DNA of 64,000 nt from Leptogorgia sarmentosa (Eukaryota): positions 10,478,001-10,542,000 of the forward strand of contig OZ210885.1 in assembly GCA_964658305.1 (NCBI GenBank). Reading direction: 5' to 3'. Positions 37,454-50,160 of this stretch are shown one piece after another. The first letter of the stretch is position 1, and the number at the start of each line of letters is the position of its first letter. Below the pieces are notes generated by a model. It worked only from the letters and a program-made list of their open reading frames with translations, made no database searches and was not told where the DNA came from. The position numbers and the translations under genes were made by a program.

Positions 37454-37575
37454 TGTTTGGTGTGATGTTATTCAGACGTCCTGACGGTAAATGTAACCGA
37501 ATTTTTTGCGCGAGGTTTTCTAAGGATTTACGGAAGCTTTCAAAAAACAGAACGTCTTACTTGGTTAATTAACTA

Positions 37576-37647
37576 GGGCTTGCACGGGAATCGAACCCGT
37601 GACCTCTCGCACCCAAAGCGAGAATCATACCACTAGACCAGCAAGCC
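37576..37647 (-). tRNA. trnP: tRNA-Pro(TGG)
   Basis: ctcgc-tt-TGG-gt-gcgag; intact cloverleaf. Confidence 0.9.
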
Positions 37648-37956
37648 ATTGATGATATCAAATTGTTTTCTAATGTATTTCGTAGTGACGAAGAAAAATT
37701 TGGGTTTAATGTTTCCAAAACATTTTTCAATCGAAGTTCCGGAAAAATCAGATTTTGGTGAAAAAATAGTATGCATTATTGCTGCATTTTTACGACCCAG
37801 AGGGTTAAGGTGGATATACTACCATTCGTGTTAAATATATCCACCAATGCTTGAAAACGATTAGTCCTGCTGTTAATTACTGCAATATTTTGTTGGATTT
37901 TACTGGCAGATTGAAGACATTTTCATTTCGAAGTGCAAGTAAATATTAATGCCAAC

Positions 37957-38017
37957 GTAGTCGTGGCCGAGTGTTTAAGGCGAAATTCCCGCGCATGTTC
38001 AAATCCTGCCGACTACG
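37957..38017 (+). pseudogene. tRNA-Ser lacking the anticodon arm
   Basis: taaggcga|aattcccgcgc; acceptor ends retained. Confidence 0.8.
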
Positions 38018-38145
38018 CAAAAGCGAATTTTCTTCTAGGATGTAGCTATTTGGGAAAATTAATAGCGTAGTAGCGCTGTTAAAATGGTTTGATTTCAGAG
38101 AACGAGTTTGAAAAGGTTGATTCAAATTGAAATTTTCAGAAAAAC

Positions 38146-38210
38146 TTCCCACACCGGGAATCGAACCCAGGCCATTGCGGTGAAAACGCCAGATCCTGAC
38201 CACTAGACCA
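38146..38210 (-). pseudogene. 5'-truncated tRNA-Glu(TTC)
   Basis: 5' acceptor strand missing; stem substitutions. Confidence 0.75.
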
Positions 38211-38300
38211 GTCTGATCAGTCTCCACACCTTGAATACCTCATGTAACGTATTCGTGGCAATTGTCTTCACTGTGCTTCGAAGAAATCGAGAAAAAATTG

Positions 38301-38385
38301 AGCCTCATCAGAGATTTGAACTCTGGACCCCTGGTTTACTAGCTGTTTTACTAGACCAGTGCTCTAACCACTGAGCTAATGACGC
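38301..38385 (-). tRNA. trnT: tRNA-Thr(AGT) with the same 12-nt intron-like insertion
   Basis: Mirror of 27002-27086; T stem intact, one acceptor mismatch. Confidence 0.72.
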
Positions 38386-38689
38386 ACGCTGTCAACTCCC
38401 TGTTGATTTCAGAAGCTTGCCGTTGAATTTTATTACCTAATTTACTTTGCTATTCTTCACTAATTCAGTTCATATTGCAAAATGATTAAAATTGAAATTA
38501 TGTCCTGGTTTCCTATCTTTGACAAACGATTACTCCCAGAGTCGATAAGTCTGTAGAAGTTCCTCACTTCCTGTTACAAGTTCCTCGCGTATTGACTTCC
38601 TGTGTGAAAGTTGTAACTTAAAACCACGAAATGGCACAACAAATTTCGAACAATAATTACCTAAACTGGATTAGTTTGCGCGTAGGTCA

Positions 38690-38762
38690 GTTTCCGTAGT
38701 GTTGTGGTTATCACATGCGCTTAACACGCGCAAGGTCCTCAGTTCGAACCTGGGCGGAAACA
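38690..38762 (+). tRNA. trnV: tRNA-Val(AAC), A14>T variant
   Basis: Cloverleaf; first of three ~185-bp tandem units. Confidence 0.75.
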
Positions 38763-38872
38763 TACATATGAGCTTTTTTAACTGAAGATGTTTTTCTTTA
38801 GAAATTTTCAATAAAACACGAGAAAAATTAATTAAAGTGAATTCATCTATTTCCATGTTTGCCCATATGTCA

Positions 38873-38945
38873 GTTTCCGTAGTGTAGTGGTTATCACATG
38901 CGCTTAACACGCGCAAGGTCCTCAGTTCGAACCTGGGCGGAAACA
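38873..38945 (+). tRNA. trnV: tRNA-Val(AAC)
   Basis: Intact cloverleaf. Confidence 0.9.
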
Positions 38946-39058
38946 TTCATATATGAGCTTTTTTAACTGCAGATATTTTTTTCGAAGATTTCAGCAAAAA
39001 ACCTAAAAAATTAATTAAAGTGAATACATCTATTTCTATATGTTTTGCGCATATTCCA

Positions 39059-39131
39059 GTGTCCGTAGTGTAGTGGTTATCACATGCGCTTAACACGCGC
39101 AAGGTACTCAGTTCGAACCTGGGCGGAAACA
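39059..39131 (+). tRNA. trnV: tRNA-Val(AAC), variant
   Basis: Acceptor mismatch (gtgtccg). Confidence 0.75.
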
Positions 39132-39280
39132 TACATATATGAGCTTTTTCTACTAGGCTTTTTTTTTCTTTGGAATTTTTCAGTAAAGAACCAGAAAAAT
39201 ATTTTTTTCTTGCTGATATCGAATTAGTTTAAATAGATCAGCTTTGAAAAGAAATGTTCTCAATTTGTTTGTAAATTTGT

Positions 39281-39404
39281 TGTCAGGAGTGGGATTCGAA
39301 CCCACGACCACATGTGTGGACCAGAACGCCCTATTATGTCAAGGTTGATCGTGACAAGTGTTTGCACTTGAGTCTGGCGCCTTAGACCGCTCGGCCATCC
39401 TGAC
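39281..39404 (-). tRNA. trnL: tRNA-Leu(CAA) with 40-nt intron
   Basis: ccaga-ct-CAA-g[tgcaaacact...tagggcg]t-tctgg; 84-nt mature form. Confidence 0.88.
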
Positions 39405-39882
39405 ACACATGAAAACATGGAATTTCCTACCACATTTATTCTTTGCTACCTTCAACATGCCACATCACGTTCTGAACATGCCACATCCCGTTCTGATTTT
39501 CTCTTGACAACTATTTTGTTACAATTTTTTCTATAATCCCAGTTAAAATCAAGCGATTTTAATACCATTGAGAAATTTGAATGGTCACCGTAAATACTGT
39601 GTTTATTTTATTTTTGTATTATCTTGTTAGCGTTTTCGACGGTGAAATTGAGGGATTGCCATACATTTCGTGTAGTGCTAAAGCGATATATACTCGTTTA
39701 TAAAAATTCTTTAACGGGAAAAATGATAAAGAAGTGAAAAATTATCAAGAATTTAGAATTTTACTATTTTTACCGTTATGGATGAAGTCCATCTGAGTTT
39801 TCCCAAAATATGGATAAGAAGCGTCAGCGTGTGAAAATTAAGTGAGCTGAATCAACCACAACGTCCATGAACAACGAAAATT

Positions 39883-39958
39883 TGGCAGCGGTGGGATTCG
39901 AACCCACGTCATCGAATTGACTGGTGCCTGAAACCAGCGCTTTAGACCACTCGGCCAC
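39883..39958 (-). pseudogene. 5'-truncated tRNA-Leu(CAG)
   Basis: Lacks the ggtagc 5' end; anticodon CAG. Confidence 0.75.
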
Positions 39959-40038
39959 ATCGTCTAAAGAGATGCCTTTGTGTATCACAGAAATGAAGAA
40001 ACGTTAAACAATTCGGAACATTTATATTATCGTGTTAA

Positions 40039-40110
40039 GGTTCTGTGGTGTAATGATTAGCACTTTGGACTTTGAATCCATCTATCCGAGTTCAAGTCTC
40101 GGCAGAATCT
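40039..40110 (+). tRNA. trnQ: tRNA-Gln(TTG), variant
   Basis: Anticodon TTG; D-loop GG>GA. Confidence 0.68.
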
Positions 40111-40326
40111 AGTAGATTCTACTAGGCTTTTGAAACATTGTATAAGGTAGCGAATTTCATTACGTTTCTCTTACAATGTCTTTTTTGCAAGTCACAGTTA
40201 GTTGAAAAAAAAAATCACCGAGAAAGAACAATTGATGCGAAGGTGAACTTCTTCTAAGGTCTAGTAAAACAGCAGAGTTTGAGAATGTGAACACAAGCTG
40301 CTTCAAATTGAAATTTTCAGAAAAAA

Positions 40327-40398
40327 TTCCCACGCCGGGAATCGAACCCGGGCCATGGCGGTGAGAGCGCCAGATCCTGACCACTGGACCACATGGGA
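40327..40398 (-). tRNA. trnE: tRNA-Glu(CTC)
   Basis: tggcg-ct-CTC-ac-cgcca; four T>C differences from the TTC copies. Confidence 0.88.
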
Positions 40399-40801
40399 GA
40401 AACATTTACCTTTTCCAGGAATGTGAAAATAACGATAATATTTTTAATTTGAATTTCGAAGAGAATGTCGAGAGACAGCGTGGCCAGAAGTGCTTGACCT
40501 TGAAGTGATTTGAACACTTAACCTTCTGATGTGGAATTAGACGCGCTACCACAAGGTCGTAGCGCTGTTAAAATGGTTTGGTTTCAGAGAACGAGTTTGT
40601 AAATGTGAACAAAGCTGCTTCAAATTGAAATTTTTGAAAAAATCGAATCAGGAATGGAACCCGGGCTATGGCGGTGAAAACGCCAGATCCTAACTACTAG
40701 ACCACATGGCAGTGATAACTTGTTGACTATTCCTGTGTTACAAAGCCAGTTTGTTTCTCGTGTTGCAGTTGAAATTGAAATGCAACAAAATGAAAATAAT
40801 C

Positions 40802-40872
40802 TGCGTTAGCGGGGAATCGAACCCCGGTCTCCCGCGTGGCAGGCGAGAATTCTACCACTGAACCACCAACGC
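40802..40872 (-). tRNA. trnG: tRNA-Gly(GCC)
   Basis: gcgttgg...ctaacgca; ctcgc-ct-GCC-ac-gcggg. Confidence 0.92.
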
Positions 40873-41604
40873 AATGATGCCCAACTTCTTCGTTATAATG
40901 TTCATATTCCACAAGATGCCGAACATTTTCACCAAACACCTTCAAATAATAAATCAGAGTAAGTTCTAGGAAATTTTGACACTTTAAACATGATCAGCAA
41001 AATCAATTTTTTGTGGAAAAGCAAGATCATGTCAACAAAGACTTAAACACAGAAAACACCAAGGGAATGTGTAAGAGGGATAGAGCCAGTATAATAGCAA
41101 TGGTTTTGCTAATTTTTCGAATTGCATATTTTTTTCCTTCTCTCGCAAGTATTATTCCCACGCCGGGAATCGAACCAGGGCCATGGCGGTAAAAACGCTG
41201 GATTCAAACCAGAGAACCACACCATGGGAGTGACAATTTGTGGATTATTTGTGACATGTGAAGAGAAACGTGCAAGTTTCAGCAGAGCCTATTTGAATAT
41301 TTTGTAATGCAGCGAATTTTATTGCCTTCCCTTTCCACCATCCATGTTGCAATTCAGAGTTAATCGAATCAAATTGATCCAAGAGAGAGATTAATGACAA
41401 GTTGAGCTTGTTATTTTAATTACTTAAGGGACACTAAGCGATAGAAACCAATGCAAAAACGAGGGTAAAATTAGAATAATGTTAATTTTACTTTCTTCCA
41501 TTGGGGGTTAAATTTTGAATTTTAACAAATAATAGAGAGGAAGCATCACGTTTTAAAACTAACGTCAGCTCAAAACAGCCATGAAAGCATGAACAACGAA
41601 AATT

Positions 41605-41680
41605 TGGCAGCGGTGGGATTCGAACCCACGTCATCGAAATGACTGGTGCCTAAAACCAGCGCTTTAGACCACTCGGCCAC
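41605..41680 (-). pseudogene. 5'-truncated tRNA-Leu(TAG)
   Basis: Tandem twin of 39883 but with anticodon TAG. Confidence 0.75.
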
Positions 41681-41760
41681 ATCGTCTAAAGAGATGCCTT
41701 TGTGTATCACAGAAATGAAGAAACGTTAAACAATTCGGAACATTTATATTATCGTGTTAA

Positions 41761-41832
41761 GGTTCTGTGGTGTAATGATTAGCACTTTGGACTTTGAATC
41801 CATCTATCCGAGTTCAAGTCTCGGCAGAATCT
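41761..41832 (+). tRNA. trnQ: tRNA-Gln(TTG), variant
   Basis: Identical to the 40039 copy. Confidence 0.68.
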
Positions 41833-42048
41833 AGTAGATTCTACTAGGCTTTTGAAACATTGTATAAGGTAGCGAATTTCATTACGTTTCTCTTACAATG
41901 TCCTTTTTGCAAGTCACAGTTAGTTGAAAAAAAAAATTACCGAGAAAGAACAATTGATGCGAAGGTGAACTTCTTCTAAGGTCTAGTAAAACAGCAGAGT
42001 TTGAGAATGTGAACACAAGCTGCTTCAAATTGAAATTTTCAGAAAAAA

Positions 42049-42120
42049 TTCCCACGCCGGGAATCGAACCCGGGCCATGGCGGTGAAAACGCCAGATCCT
42101 AACCACTAGACCACATGGGA
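42049..42120 (-). tRNA. trnE: tRNA-Glu(TTC)
   Basis: Intact; tandem twin of the CTC gene at 40327. Confidence 0.92.
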
Positions 42121-42523
42121 GAAACATTTACCTTTTCCAGGAATGTGAAAATAACGATAATATTTTTAATTTGAATTTCGAAGAGAATGTCGAGAGACAG
42201 CGTGGCCAGAAGTGCTTGACCTTGAAGTGAATTGAACACTTAACCTTCTGATGTGGAATTAGACGCGCTACCACAAGGTCGTAGCGCTGTTAAAATGGTT
42301 TGGTTTCAGAGAACGAGTTTGTAAATGTGAACAAAGCTGCTTCAAATTGAAATTTTTGAAAAAATCGAATCAGGAATGGAACCCGGGCTATGGCGGTGAA
42401 AACGCCAGATCCTAACTACTAGACCACATGGCAGTGATAACTTGTTGACTATTCCTGTGTTACAAAGCCAGTTTGTTTCTCGTGTTGCAGTTGAAATTGA
42501 AATGCAACAAAATGAAAATAATC

Positions 42524-42594
42524 TGCGTTAGCGGGGAATCGAACCCCGGTCTCCCGCGTGGCAGGCGAGAATTCTACCACTGAACCACCAACGC
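42524..42594 (-). tRNA. trnG: tRNA-Gly(GCC)
   Basis: Identical to the 40802 copy. Confidence 0.92.
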
Positions 42595-43320
42595 AATGAT
42601 GCCCAACTCCTTCGTTATAATGTTCATATTCCACAAGATGCCGAACATTTTCACCAAACACCTTCAAATAATAAATCAGAGTAAGTTCTAGGAAATTTTG
42701 ACACTTTAAACATGATCAGCAAAATCAATTTTTTGTGGAAAAGCAAGATCATGTCAACAAAGACTTAAATACAGAAAACACCAAGGGAATGTGTAAGAGG
42801 GATAGAGCCAGTATAATAGCAATGGTTTTGCTAATTTTTCGAATTGCATATTTTTTTCCTTCTCTCGCAAGTATTATTCCCACGCCGGGAATCGAACCAG
42901 GGCCATGGCGGTAAAAACGCTGGATTCAAACCAGAGAACCACACCATGGGAGTGACAATTTGTGGATTATTTGTGACATGTGAAGAGAAACGTGCAAGTT
43001 TCAGCAGAGCCTATTTTTGAATATTTTGTAGTGCAGCGAATTTTATTGCCTTCCCCTTCCTCCATCCATGTTGCAATTCAGAGTTAATCGAATCAAATTG
43101 ATCCAAGAGAGAGATTAATGACAAGTTGAGCTTGTTATTTTAATTACTGAGGGGACACTAAGCGATAGAAACCAATGCAAAAACGAGGGTAAAATTAGAA
43201 TAATGTTAATTTTACTTTCTTCTGTTGTGGGTTAAATTATGAATTTTAACAAATAATAGAGAGGAAGCATCATGTTTTAAAACTAACGTCAGCTCAATAT
43301 AGCCATGAGCAACGAAAATT

Positions 43321-43402
43321 TGGCAGCGGTGGGATTCGAACCCACGCCATCGAAATGACTGGTGCCTTAAACCAGCGCCTTAGACCACTCGGCCACGCTA
43401 CC
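43321..43402 (-). tRNA. trnL: tRNA-Leu(AAG)
   Basis: Intact 82-nt cloverleaf; ctggt-tt-AAG-gc-accag. Confidence 0.92.
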
Positions 43403-43817
43403 TGTGACGTGCTGACAATATAATTTCTTTTTAGTAAACATCCACATTGTTTGAAGAGATTGCTTTCGCTATCAACGAAACGTAGAAATGTGAAACAATG
43501 GGGAAATATTGTCGTGCTAAGGTTCTGTGGTGTAATGGCTGCAGGTTCTCTTAGCTGGTAAATAACATAAAATATATATCCCTACCTAAATATTTATATC
43601 CCTACCTTGAAATTACAAATATTTGAAGATACTTTTGCCTGTTGTATTTACCTTATTTTAGTAGTGATTCCAGTCATTCACTAGAGGTGAACCAAACACA
43701 AATTCGTTTTCATTTATTTTGTCGCTGAAATCGCCGTAGATGCGCTTTGCAACTTCAAAAATTTTCTGGGGAAGAATACCCCCATAGCGTGTCACCTGCA
43801 CAAGCACAAGCAGCTTA

Positions 43818-43970
43818 AAACACTACATAGGCATGTCAGCAAGCAAATTTAAAGAATGATATGGAAACCACATTAAGTCTTTTAACCACAAAAGTTACTC
43901 AAATGAAACAAAACTTTCGAAATATATTTGGGGACTAAAAGATAATAAGATAGATTTCGACATTAATTAA
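43818..43970 (+). pseudogene. Penelope-like element GIY-YIG endonuclease fragment
   Basis: KHYIGMSASKFKE*YGNHIKSFNHKSYSNETKLSKYIWGLKD translated by hand. Confidence 0.75.
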
Positions 43971-45121
43971 TGCGTGGTCAATAATTGAACAGTGTATTTC
44001 GTATACGGGATATATATTTCACCACTTCCAAAAACCTGGGAAGATTTTTTCATGATACGAAGATAGACTAATTCAGTAATGTAATATTCAGGCCAGTTTT
44101 TGAAAAGCTTCGGAAATATATCTTTCACGTGATATAATGATACGAAGTCGGACTATAATTACGTATCGTAATGTACATTGTAGGTAAAACAGTATTATGT
44201 CAATGGACATAAAAACAAAACGCAAATGTGTCGATAGATAATCAGCAAGTAGCAAGGGCCGAAGTCCCTGCATCTGTGAGCTGTCAAACTTGGCACTATA
44301 TTTATCTAACTAAGCCAAAGATAATGCAAAACGACAGGGATTATAAATAAGAGAAGTAAAATGAAATAAAGTTGGATCTAATTAACATTTTTCGGGACAC
44401 TGTATGGACTGACAACTGCATACATGCATACAAACTGCTAGTAAATACACTGAATGAACATGCCAGTTATTTCTGTAACGAACATGCTGTAATACTTCTG
44501 TGTGCTTATAGAAGTTTATTGTGTCTGGTGTGTACATATATAGCTATACTATATGAGCATATATTACACATGCCACCTTTGCGTCTCCCTTTTGACACAA
44601 CCAACCGAAGCTCACTCCGAGTCTCCTTCTGATCTCTACGTGTGTCTGCTGTCTACCATTTCCGCACTCACGCGCCGGTCGTGAAAGAGTGCTACCCGGC
44701 AACTAGGTGAGCGAGCGCATGAAAAAAGCAGTGAAGAGAAAGTTCGTCGGCAACGTCGTCTCCCTGGAAATAAAACAACCACGTTGGTTTCAACCAACCA
44801 GTGACGTTTGTTCAAATCCCGAGCGCTAAAATCTTCGGATTAAGATTATCACTAAAAAACGTTTTAAAAAATAATGACAATAAGATTGTTATAAAACTAC
44901 TTATTTGTTGTATCATCTGTGAAGCGATGTATAGTTTTAGTTGATTGAGCCACTCCATGAAAGAACAAAGCTAGTGATAAAAACTTTGACGACGTGAAAT
45001 CACGCATGCGCTATAAACTGAAAATTGAATATTACCTTCCGGGCGGCCATGTCCCGTAATCTTAAGCTCGCTTTTCTCTGTTAAAATATGGTTCGGAATA
45101 GCAAGTAAATTGCCTCCGGGC

Positions 45122-45282
45122 GAAGACTTGAAGAATCGAAGAGAATAGGACTTGAAGAATCGAAGAGAATAGGACTCGAAGAATCGAAGATTTGAAGAGC
45201 CGGAAGACTTGGAGAATCGAAGAGTTGAGGAACCGAAGAGTTGAGGAACCGAAGAGTTGAGGAACCGAAGAGTTGAAGAAGT
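45122..45282. repeat. Purine-rich tandem repeat (ttgaggaaccgaagag, 16-23 bp units)
   Basis: About 8 degenerate units visible. Confidence 0.8.
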
Positions 45283-46449
45283 GTTGTGAATTCCGTACGT
45301 GTTCGTCATTCGTCCGTGCATCGTTTGGCCTTGATTTTGGCAGCAGTACTCTTTGTGTTCGTGCCTGTTTGCGGGGCCCTTTAGGGGGTAACGCTAAGGC
45401 GGTGGTCTTTATTTCCAACCTTGCTGCGTGCTTCTGTTGTCAGGTTGAGGTGCTTGACTGAAACCTGACGTCTCAGTTCCTCTTATCTTTTGTCCGTGTA
45501 TTGAGAAATTAGATCCTCGTTTGCCACGCATAGTGTCGGCCATAGCGTACTCAGTTAATAAGTTGTTTCGAGACTGGGATCTCGTTTAAGGTTACATTAG
45601 GAGTAATACATAGTATTCTTGTTGAGATGCACACAGTTTTTTCAGTATTAGAAATTATTAGTTTTTTTCGAGACTGGGATCTCGTTTAAGCTTACATTAG
45701 GATAGTTACGCGGATACGAACGTGACGAAGTCTCTAATCCATCTTAATATAGCTGAGCGTACGTTCAATTTTTGCAACTCGGCGATTATAGACTAGTGTG
45801 ATTATCGACTAAGTCGAATTTACTATAATACGGAAAGAATACTCCGATTCAAACGTGTAAAATACTCAAAACTTCCAACCTTATAAGACAAATATATTGA
45901 ATTTTTCTCTTATACCAGGGCAAGGCCCTCGTAGCTTTGGCTACTGGCTTTACATTGCTTAGCCTCCTTTTAGAAAATTTACAAAATTTGAGATGTATAC
46001 AAATTTTATATACAAAATTTGAGATGTATAAGCTCCAGGAATATAATTCAAGCTCTGAAAATGAAATGCAGTTTTTATCTCCCGTTTACCGAGGACATAC
46101 TGTAACATTACGCCACTCTCACAGCGCTTCATTTCAATCGAACGTTTTGCGCTTTACACGAATTGCAAAATAAAAAGGATGGGGCTCATTAACAACATGA
46201 AAACATGGTTGGATAATAACCGACGCTTTTGGGATCTTAGCTCAATTTCTCACAAAACCTGTGAGATCAAGCAGTTGAAATTTGAATTCAGTCACAATTC
46301 AGTTATAAAGCTGCGTTTAAAACACCAAAACCAGCATCTGTAATGCATGAGTTGCCTGGCCTCGAAACATCGAGACCAATCGGACTAATTTCCACAGAAT
46401 TTATTTCATATCAATACTAAACTTCCTTTCTCGTGTCATCCACAGTTAA

Positions 46450-46703
46450 ATGTTCCAATTCCTTTCTTATACTCGATATGGACCTCTTCCAAACACAGCA
46501 CCTTCCTCGTTTCGCTGTTTTGTCTGTATGATTTTCTTTATCTTCTCCACAAACTCGTGGAGCTTGCTTGCATTAAAATTGAGATCATGCTTGATCATAA
46601 AATTGGCGGATTCGGAATCATTATTCTTGTACTCCACCGGAGGATTTCCTAATCCGGCGTCGACTCGAACAGGTTTTAACATCGAGTTTTTCATCTCATT
46701 TGC
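46450..46703 (-). pseudogene. Mutator/MULE-like transposase fragment
   Basis: MLKPVRVDAGLGNPPVEYKNNDSESANFMIK...Q...AVFGRGPYRV contains the NNxxESxN catalytic-glutamate motif. Confidence 0.65.
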
Positions 46704-48559
46704 CTAAAAACAGGAAAATGAACAGGTTGATAAATGGGGGACACACCGGAATATACACATACTCGAATGTATATGAATATATTTTTCTTTCCGCGATCAC
46801 ATTGAACAATCCAGCATTTGTTGAGTTTTCTATTGCATGCTATTAGAAAGTATTTTTGATAGTAGTATTTTTAAAATTTTAGCACAATTGGTAGCTATAA
46901 ATCGTAAAGTGGCCTTAAAACCTTTAAGGTTAAAGGCATGCAAATTAGCGACATACGTTTGACAAATACGGTGAACTATATAGATCTTGCATCGAGTGAT
47001 GACTGATATCTTTTTGTTGTAAACTCAAATGAGTGTTCATTTCTAATATATAGAAGTTTACCATCCATTAATTAATAATATTTAAATATGACAAGTTTCG
47101 GCGTCAGATGCACACAATATTTTTGTCCTACTGTCATGTTACACGAGACACATCACACCTTCATTCCTTATTGCTCTTCTTGAGAAATTTTCGTATCTGC
47201 CTTTTATTACTGGTTTTTAATTGGGACATTTCATCAAGATCAAACGCAGTTAGATAAAAGCATTCTTTTGGAAGCTCGTCCGTCCATGGCTTTCCTCCGC
47301 GGTTAGACAAGGAACCCACCTCTTGTTCCACGACCCCTTCCAGTAATGGATAGTGATTGTTTTCGACACGCAATCTTGGGGCTCTCCAGAGCGTCTTTTG
47401 TTGAAAACAATCATCCTCTTAAGATACAACTCGGCCAATTCTTTCTAGATCTCATTTGCTGAACACAACCCTAGCCGTTGGGTTAAACCTTTCATCTTAA
47501 AAAAAATCATAAAATCATATGTTTGATAAACCATAAGTTAAGCATTACACACTAGAATTGGTAGCCTATTCGCCTATATGTTATTTACCGGCTCCTGATC
47601 AAACGACATTTGAGAACGATACAATATTTTCGCCCAAAGAATTAAACATACATACTTAGACCATTGGCCGTCATTAGATACTAAGAAAGCCATGCTAGTG
47701 GCATCACGACAGCGAATGGTGTTAATTTAATAGCGTAACCAATCTTGAGGGCACTCGATGGGGCCTTATACTGGTTTAGATGGTCCATCCAACATCTCCG
47801 GCTTCACTGCATCCTTCAACTGCATGAACGATTTCGTTGTTCTCCATTTCCGTGAAATTTTTGGATGGTGGTTAGTCCTTCGTTTCATATCATTGTTCAC
47901 CAGAATGAATGCAGTCGTGGTGAGGAGTGCGGGTGCGAAATAGCCAATGGAACTGCCAACCAAGATTGCCTTGTTTCGGAAAAATGTTAGGACGTCTTTG
48001 GAAAAAGGCTTGAATAGGAATAGTGTTTTCTCGAAACGCGCCTTTCAAGGGATGTCCAAGTACTTTCGTGCTGTCGAGCGACATTTGTCAAAGGATTAAA
48101 ATAAAAAACACAATCGTATTGTCCGATAGTTAATACGAGTAAATTGTAATTAACTGAAACAATATATACAAATGAAAACAACCTAAGTTCAAAAATAATT
48201 TCAACACTAAGTCTAAATGTGACCTTCAATGGGATTTCATACGTTAACGATTTTTCGTTGAAACGGCAAAACAAACAGTAAACGAACGGATAGCAAACGC
48301 TTTGTGTAAACGTTTCAACGATCTTTCAAAACGTTCGAACGATATCGGCAAAAAAATTTAACGGAAAATCCCAAAAATTTTAACGGTTTGAAAAACTTTT
48401 CCGTGAAGCCGTTCAAACGGTATACTTTGAAACGTTTATCGACACAGTCATTCAGTCAAACGCTTTTGTGAGCAAGCTTTAAAACTGAAGAATTGCAATT
48501 GGCAACAACATTGCCACAAAATTTAGCTATATAACTCAGTAGTACTATACCGCCTATAT

Positions 48560-48720
48560 GGCGCCGGAAGTAAATAGTATGCAGAAGTGTGTCCAAGATA
48601 GCGCCGGAAGTAAATAGTATGCAGTGCGCGCCGGAAGTAAATAGTATGCATTAGGAATATAGCGGAAAAAGTAATATGCGCGCCAGAGGTAATTAATATA
48701 CGGGAGCGAGTAATTAGTAT
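48560..48720. repeat. Short direct repeats gcgccggaagtaaatagtatgca (three copies plus degenerate ones)
   Basis: Copies at about 48562, 48601 and 48628. Confidence 0.75.
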
Positions 48721-48891
48721 CGGTGTATTATTAACATTTTCAAAAAATATTTACAGTTAAATGGAGTGCCAGAAGCATCCACAGAGTGTAATTTCACCGC
48801 ACTCAATGCAAAAATTGAAAGTTAATCGATTGAATATTTCTTTTACAATGTCTACGGATTTTTTGTGCACATGTGTCCCGCAGCAGTTGGT

Positions 48892-49742
48892 TTATTGCGG
48901 CTCTTCGTCTTCGTTTTCAAACACAACCAGCATATTCCGTACGTGCTCGCTGTTCGTTCGTGCATCGTTTGGCCTTGATTTTGGCAGCAGTACCCTTCGT
49001 GTTCGTGCCTGTTTGCGGGGCCCTCTAGGTGGTAACGCTAAGGCGGTGGTCTTCACTTCCAACCTTGCTGCGTGCTTCTGTTGTACAGCCATGTCGATAG
49101 AGTTTACTTTTCTTTTCTTCAATACGTCATCATTCCGCACAGGAATATTTTTTCTCTTACCAGGGGAAGGCCTTCGTGGCTTGGCTACCGGCTTTACATT
49201 GCTTAGCCTCCTTTTCAATTGTTTTAGCACAGCACCCATACAAAATTTGAGATGTATAAGCTCCAGAAACATAATTCAAGCTCACTGAAAAACCATGAAT
49301 GCTGCAGTTGATGATCAAGTACAATATGCATTTTGCCACGGAAACCATGAGACATTTTTATTACAGTGGTCTAGCATATACCATTAATTAATAGACACAA
49401 TGCCATTGCACCTAACAGTCTAGAACATAATATTCAGTATGTGGCTTAAAGGTTGTTACTTACATGGCCGGTTTCTTCATCATTGAGACAAGGATACTTC
49501 CGAATGAGCATCCTTGCCATTGCTTCTAACTCCCCCCTTTCGGGGAAGCGATTAAATGGTGCTGAGGAAGCGGCCGACACCATGTTGTTGATTGTGCCAC
49601 GTATTAGCCGCTCCCTCAGCTTTTTTTCCAACTTTCCATGTTTATTTATTGCTGTTTCAATTTCGACATCACTGTAACATATGTAATGAGGTTTTTCCGT
49701 CATTCCTGAAATCGAAGAAAAATCAGTGTTATCGTCAATCAT
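48892..49742 (-). pseudogene. Two-exon transposon-accessory-type gene remnant (SAMD3-like); partial duplicate at ~45290-46070
   Basis: RERLIRGTINNM...FPERGELEAMARMLIRKYPCLND...H/gtaagt, then AVLKQLKRRLSNVK; family assignment is recalled similarity. Confidence 0.4.
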
Positions 49743-49779
49743 TCAATATCAATGTTATAAACACCAAAGCTTCTGAAGC

Positions 49780-50160
49780 ATACAGTCATCAGTATGGTTG
49801 GCGTCTTTCTAACTATGCAAATCATGTTGTAGTTAAAAGTTTCTCTGGTGCTACTGTTAATGACACGGAAGATTATTTAAAGCCGGTTCTTCGTAAAGAG
49901 CCAAATAAAATCATTTTGCATGCAGCAACAAAACAGAGTAGCTGAAGGTATTGCAAACCTAGGCACCCAAATTAAAGAAGAATCCCCAACAACCAGCATT
50001 GTGATCTCAAGTATATTACCAAGATCAGATAATGCAGATTTATTAACAAAAGCATTAGAAGTAAATAGACTTACTAAATCAATTTGCTCCAAAAACAAAT
50101 TATTTTTATTGAACATAAAACGGTGAACAAATCATGCCTTAATTCACGTGTCTTGCATTT
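49780..50160 (+). pseudogene. LINE (CR1/L2) ORF1 SGNH-esterase fragment, frameshifted
   Basis: VVVKSFSGATVND..DYLKPVL..EP..IILHA...IVISSILPRSD...VN..LKSIC. Confidence 0.8.

Larger units (their letters stand above)
39866..43310 (+). repeat. 1722-bp direct tandem duplication (Leu-Gln-Glu-Gly module), partial third copy to ~43540
   Basis: Near-identical units; ORF-track pairs 40160/41882 and 40727/42449 are both offset by 1722. Confidence 0.92.

Noticed and set aside
38690..39131. Regularly spaced repeats resembling a CRISPR array
   Set aside because: The repeats are 73-nt tRNA-Val genes and the spacers are homologous to each other. There are no cas genes and the context is eukaryotic.
41155..41229. 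Glu-body tRNA with TTT anticodon (also 42877-42951) as an alloacceptor or mistranslating tRNA
   Set aside because: The D arm and T stem are broken, so it is a decayed pseudogene.
23855..42667. Many repeated ORFs such as LVVRIWRFHRHGPGSIPGVG, MFPPRFELRTLRV and SLWRNRLAR
   Set aside because: They are translations of tRNA genes and their duplicated flanks, not proteins.
45122..48720. Short direct repeats at 45122-45282 and 48560-48720 as CRISPR, and the 116/118-aa ORFs over the first
   Set aside because: Tandem units without unique, even-length spacers. The ORFs stay open largely because of low complexity.
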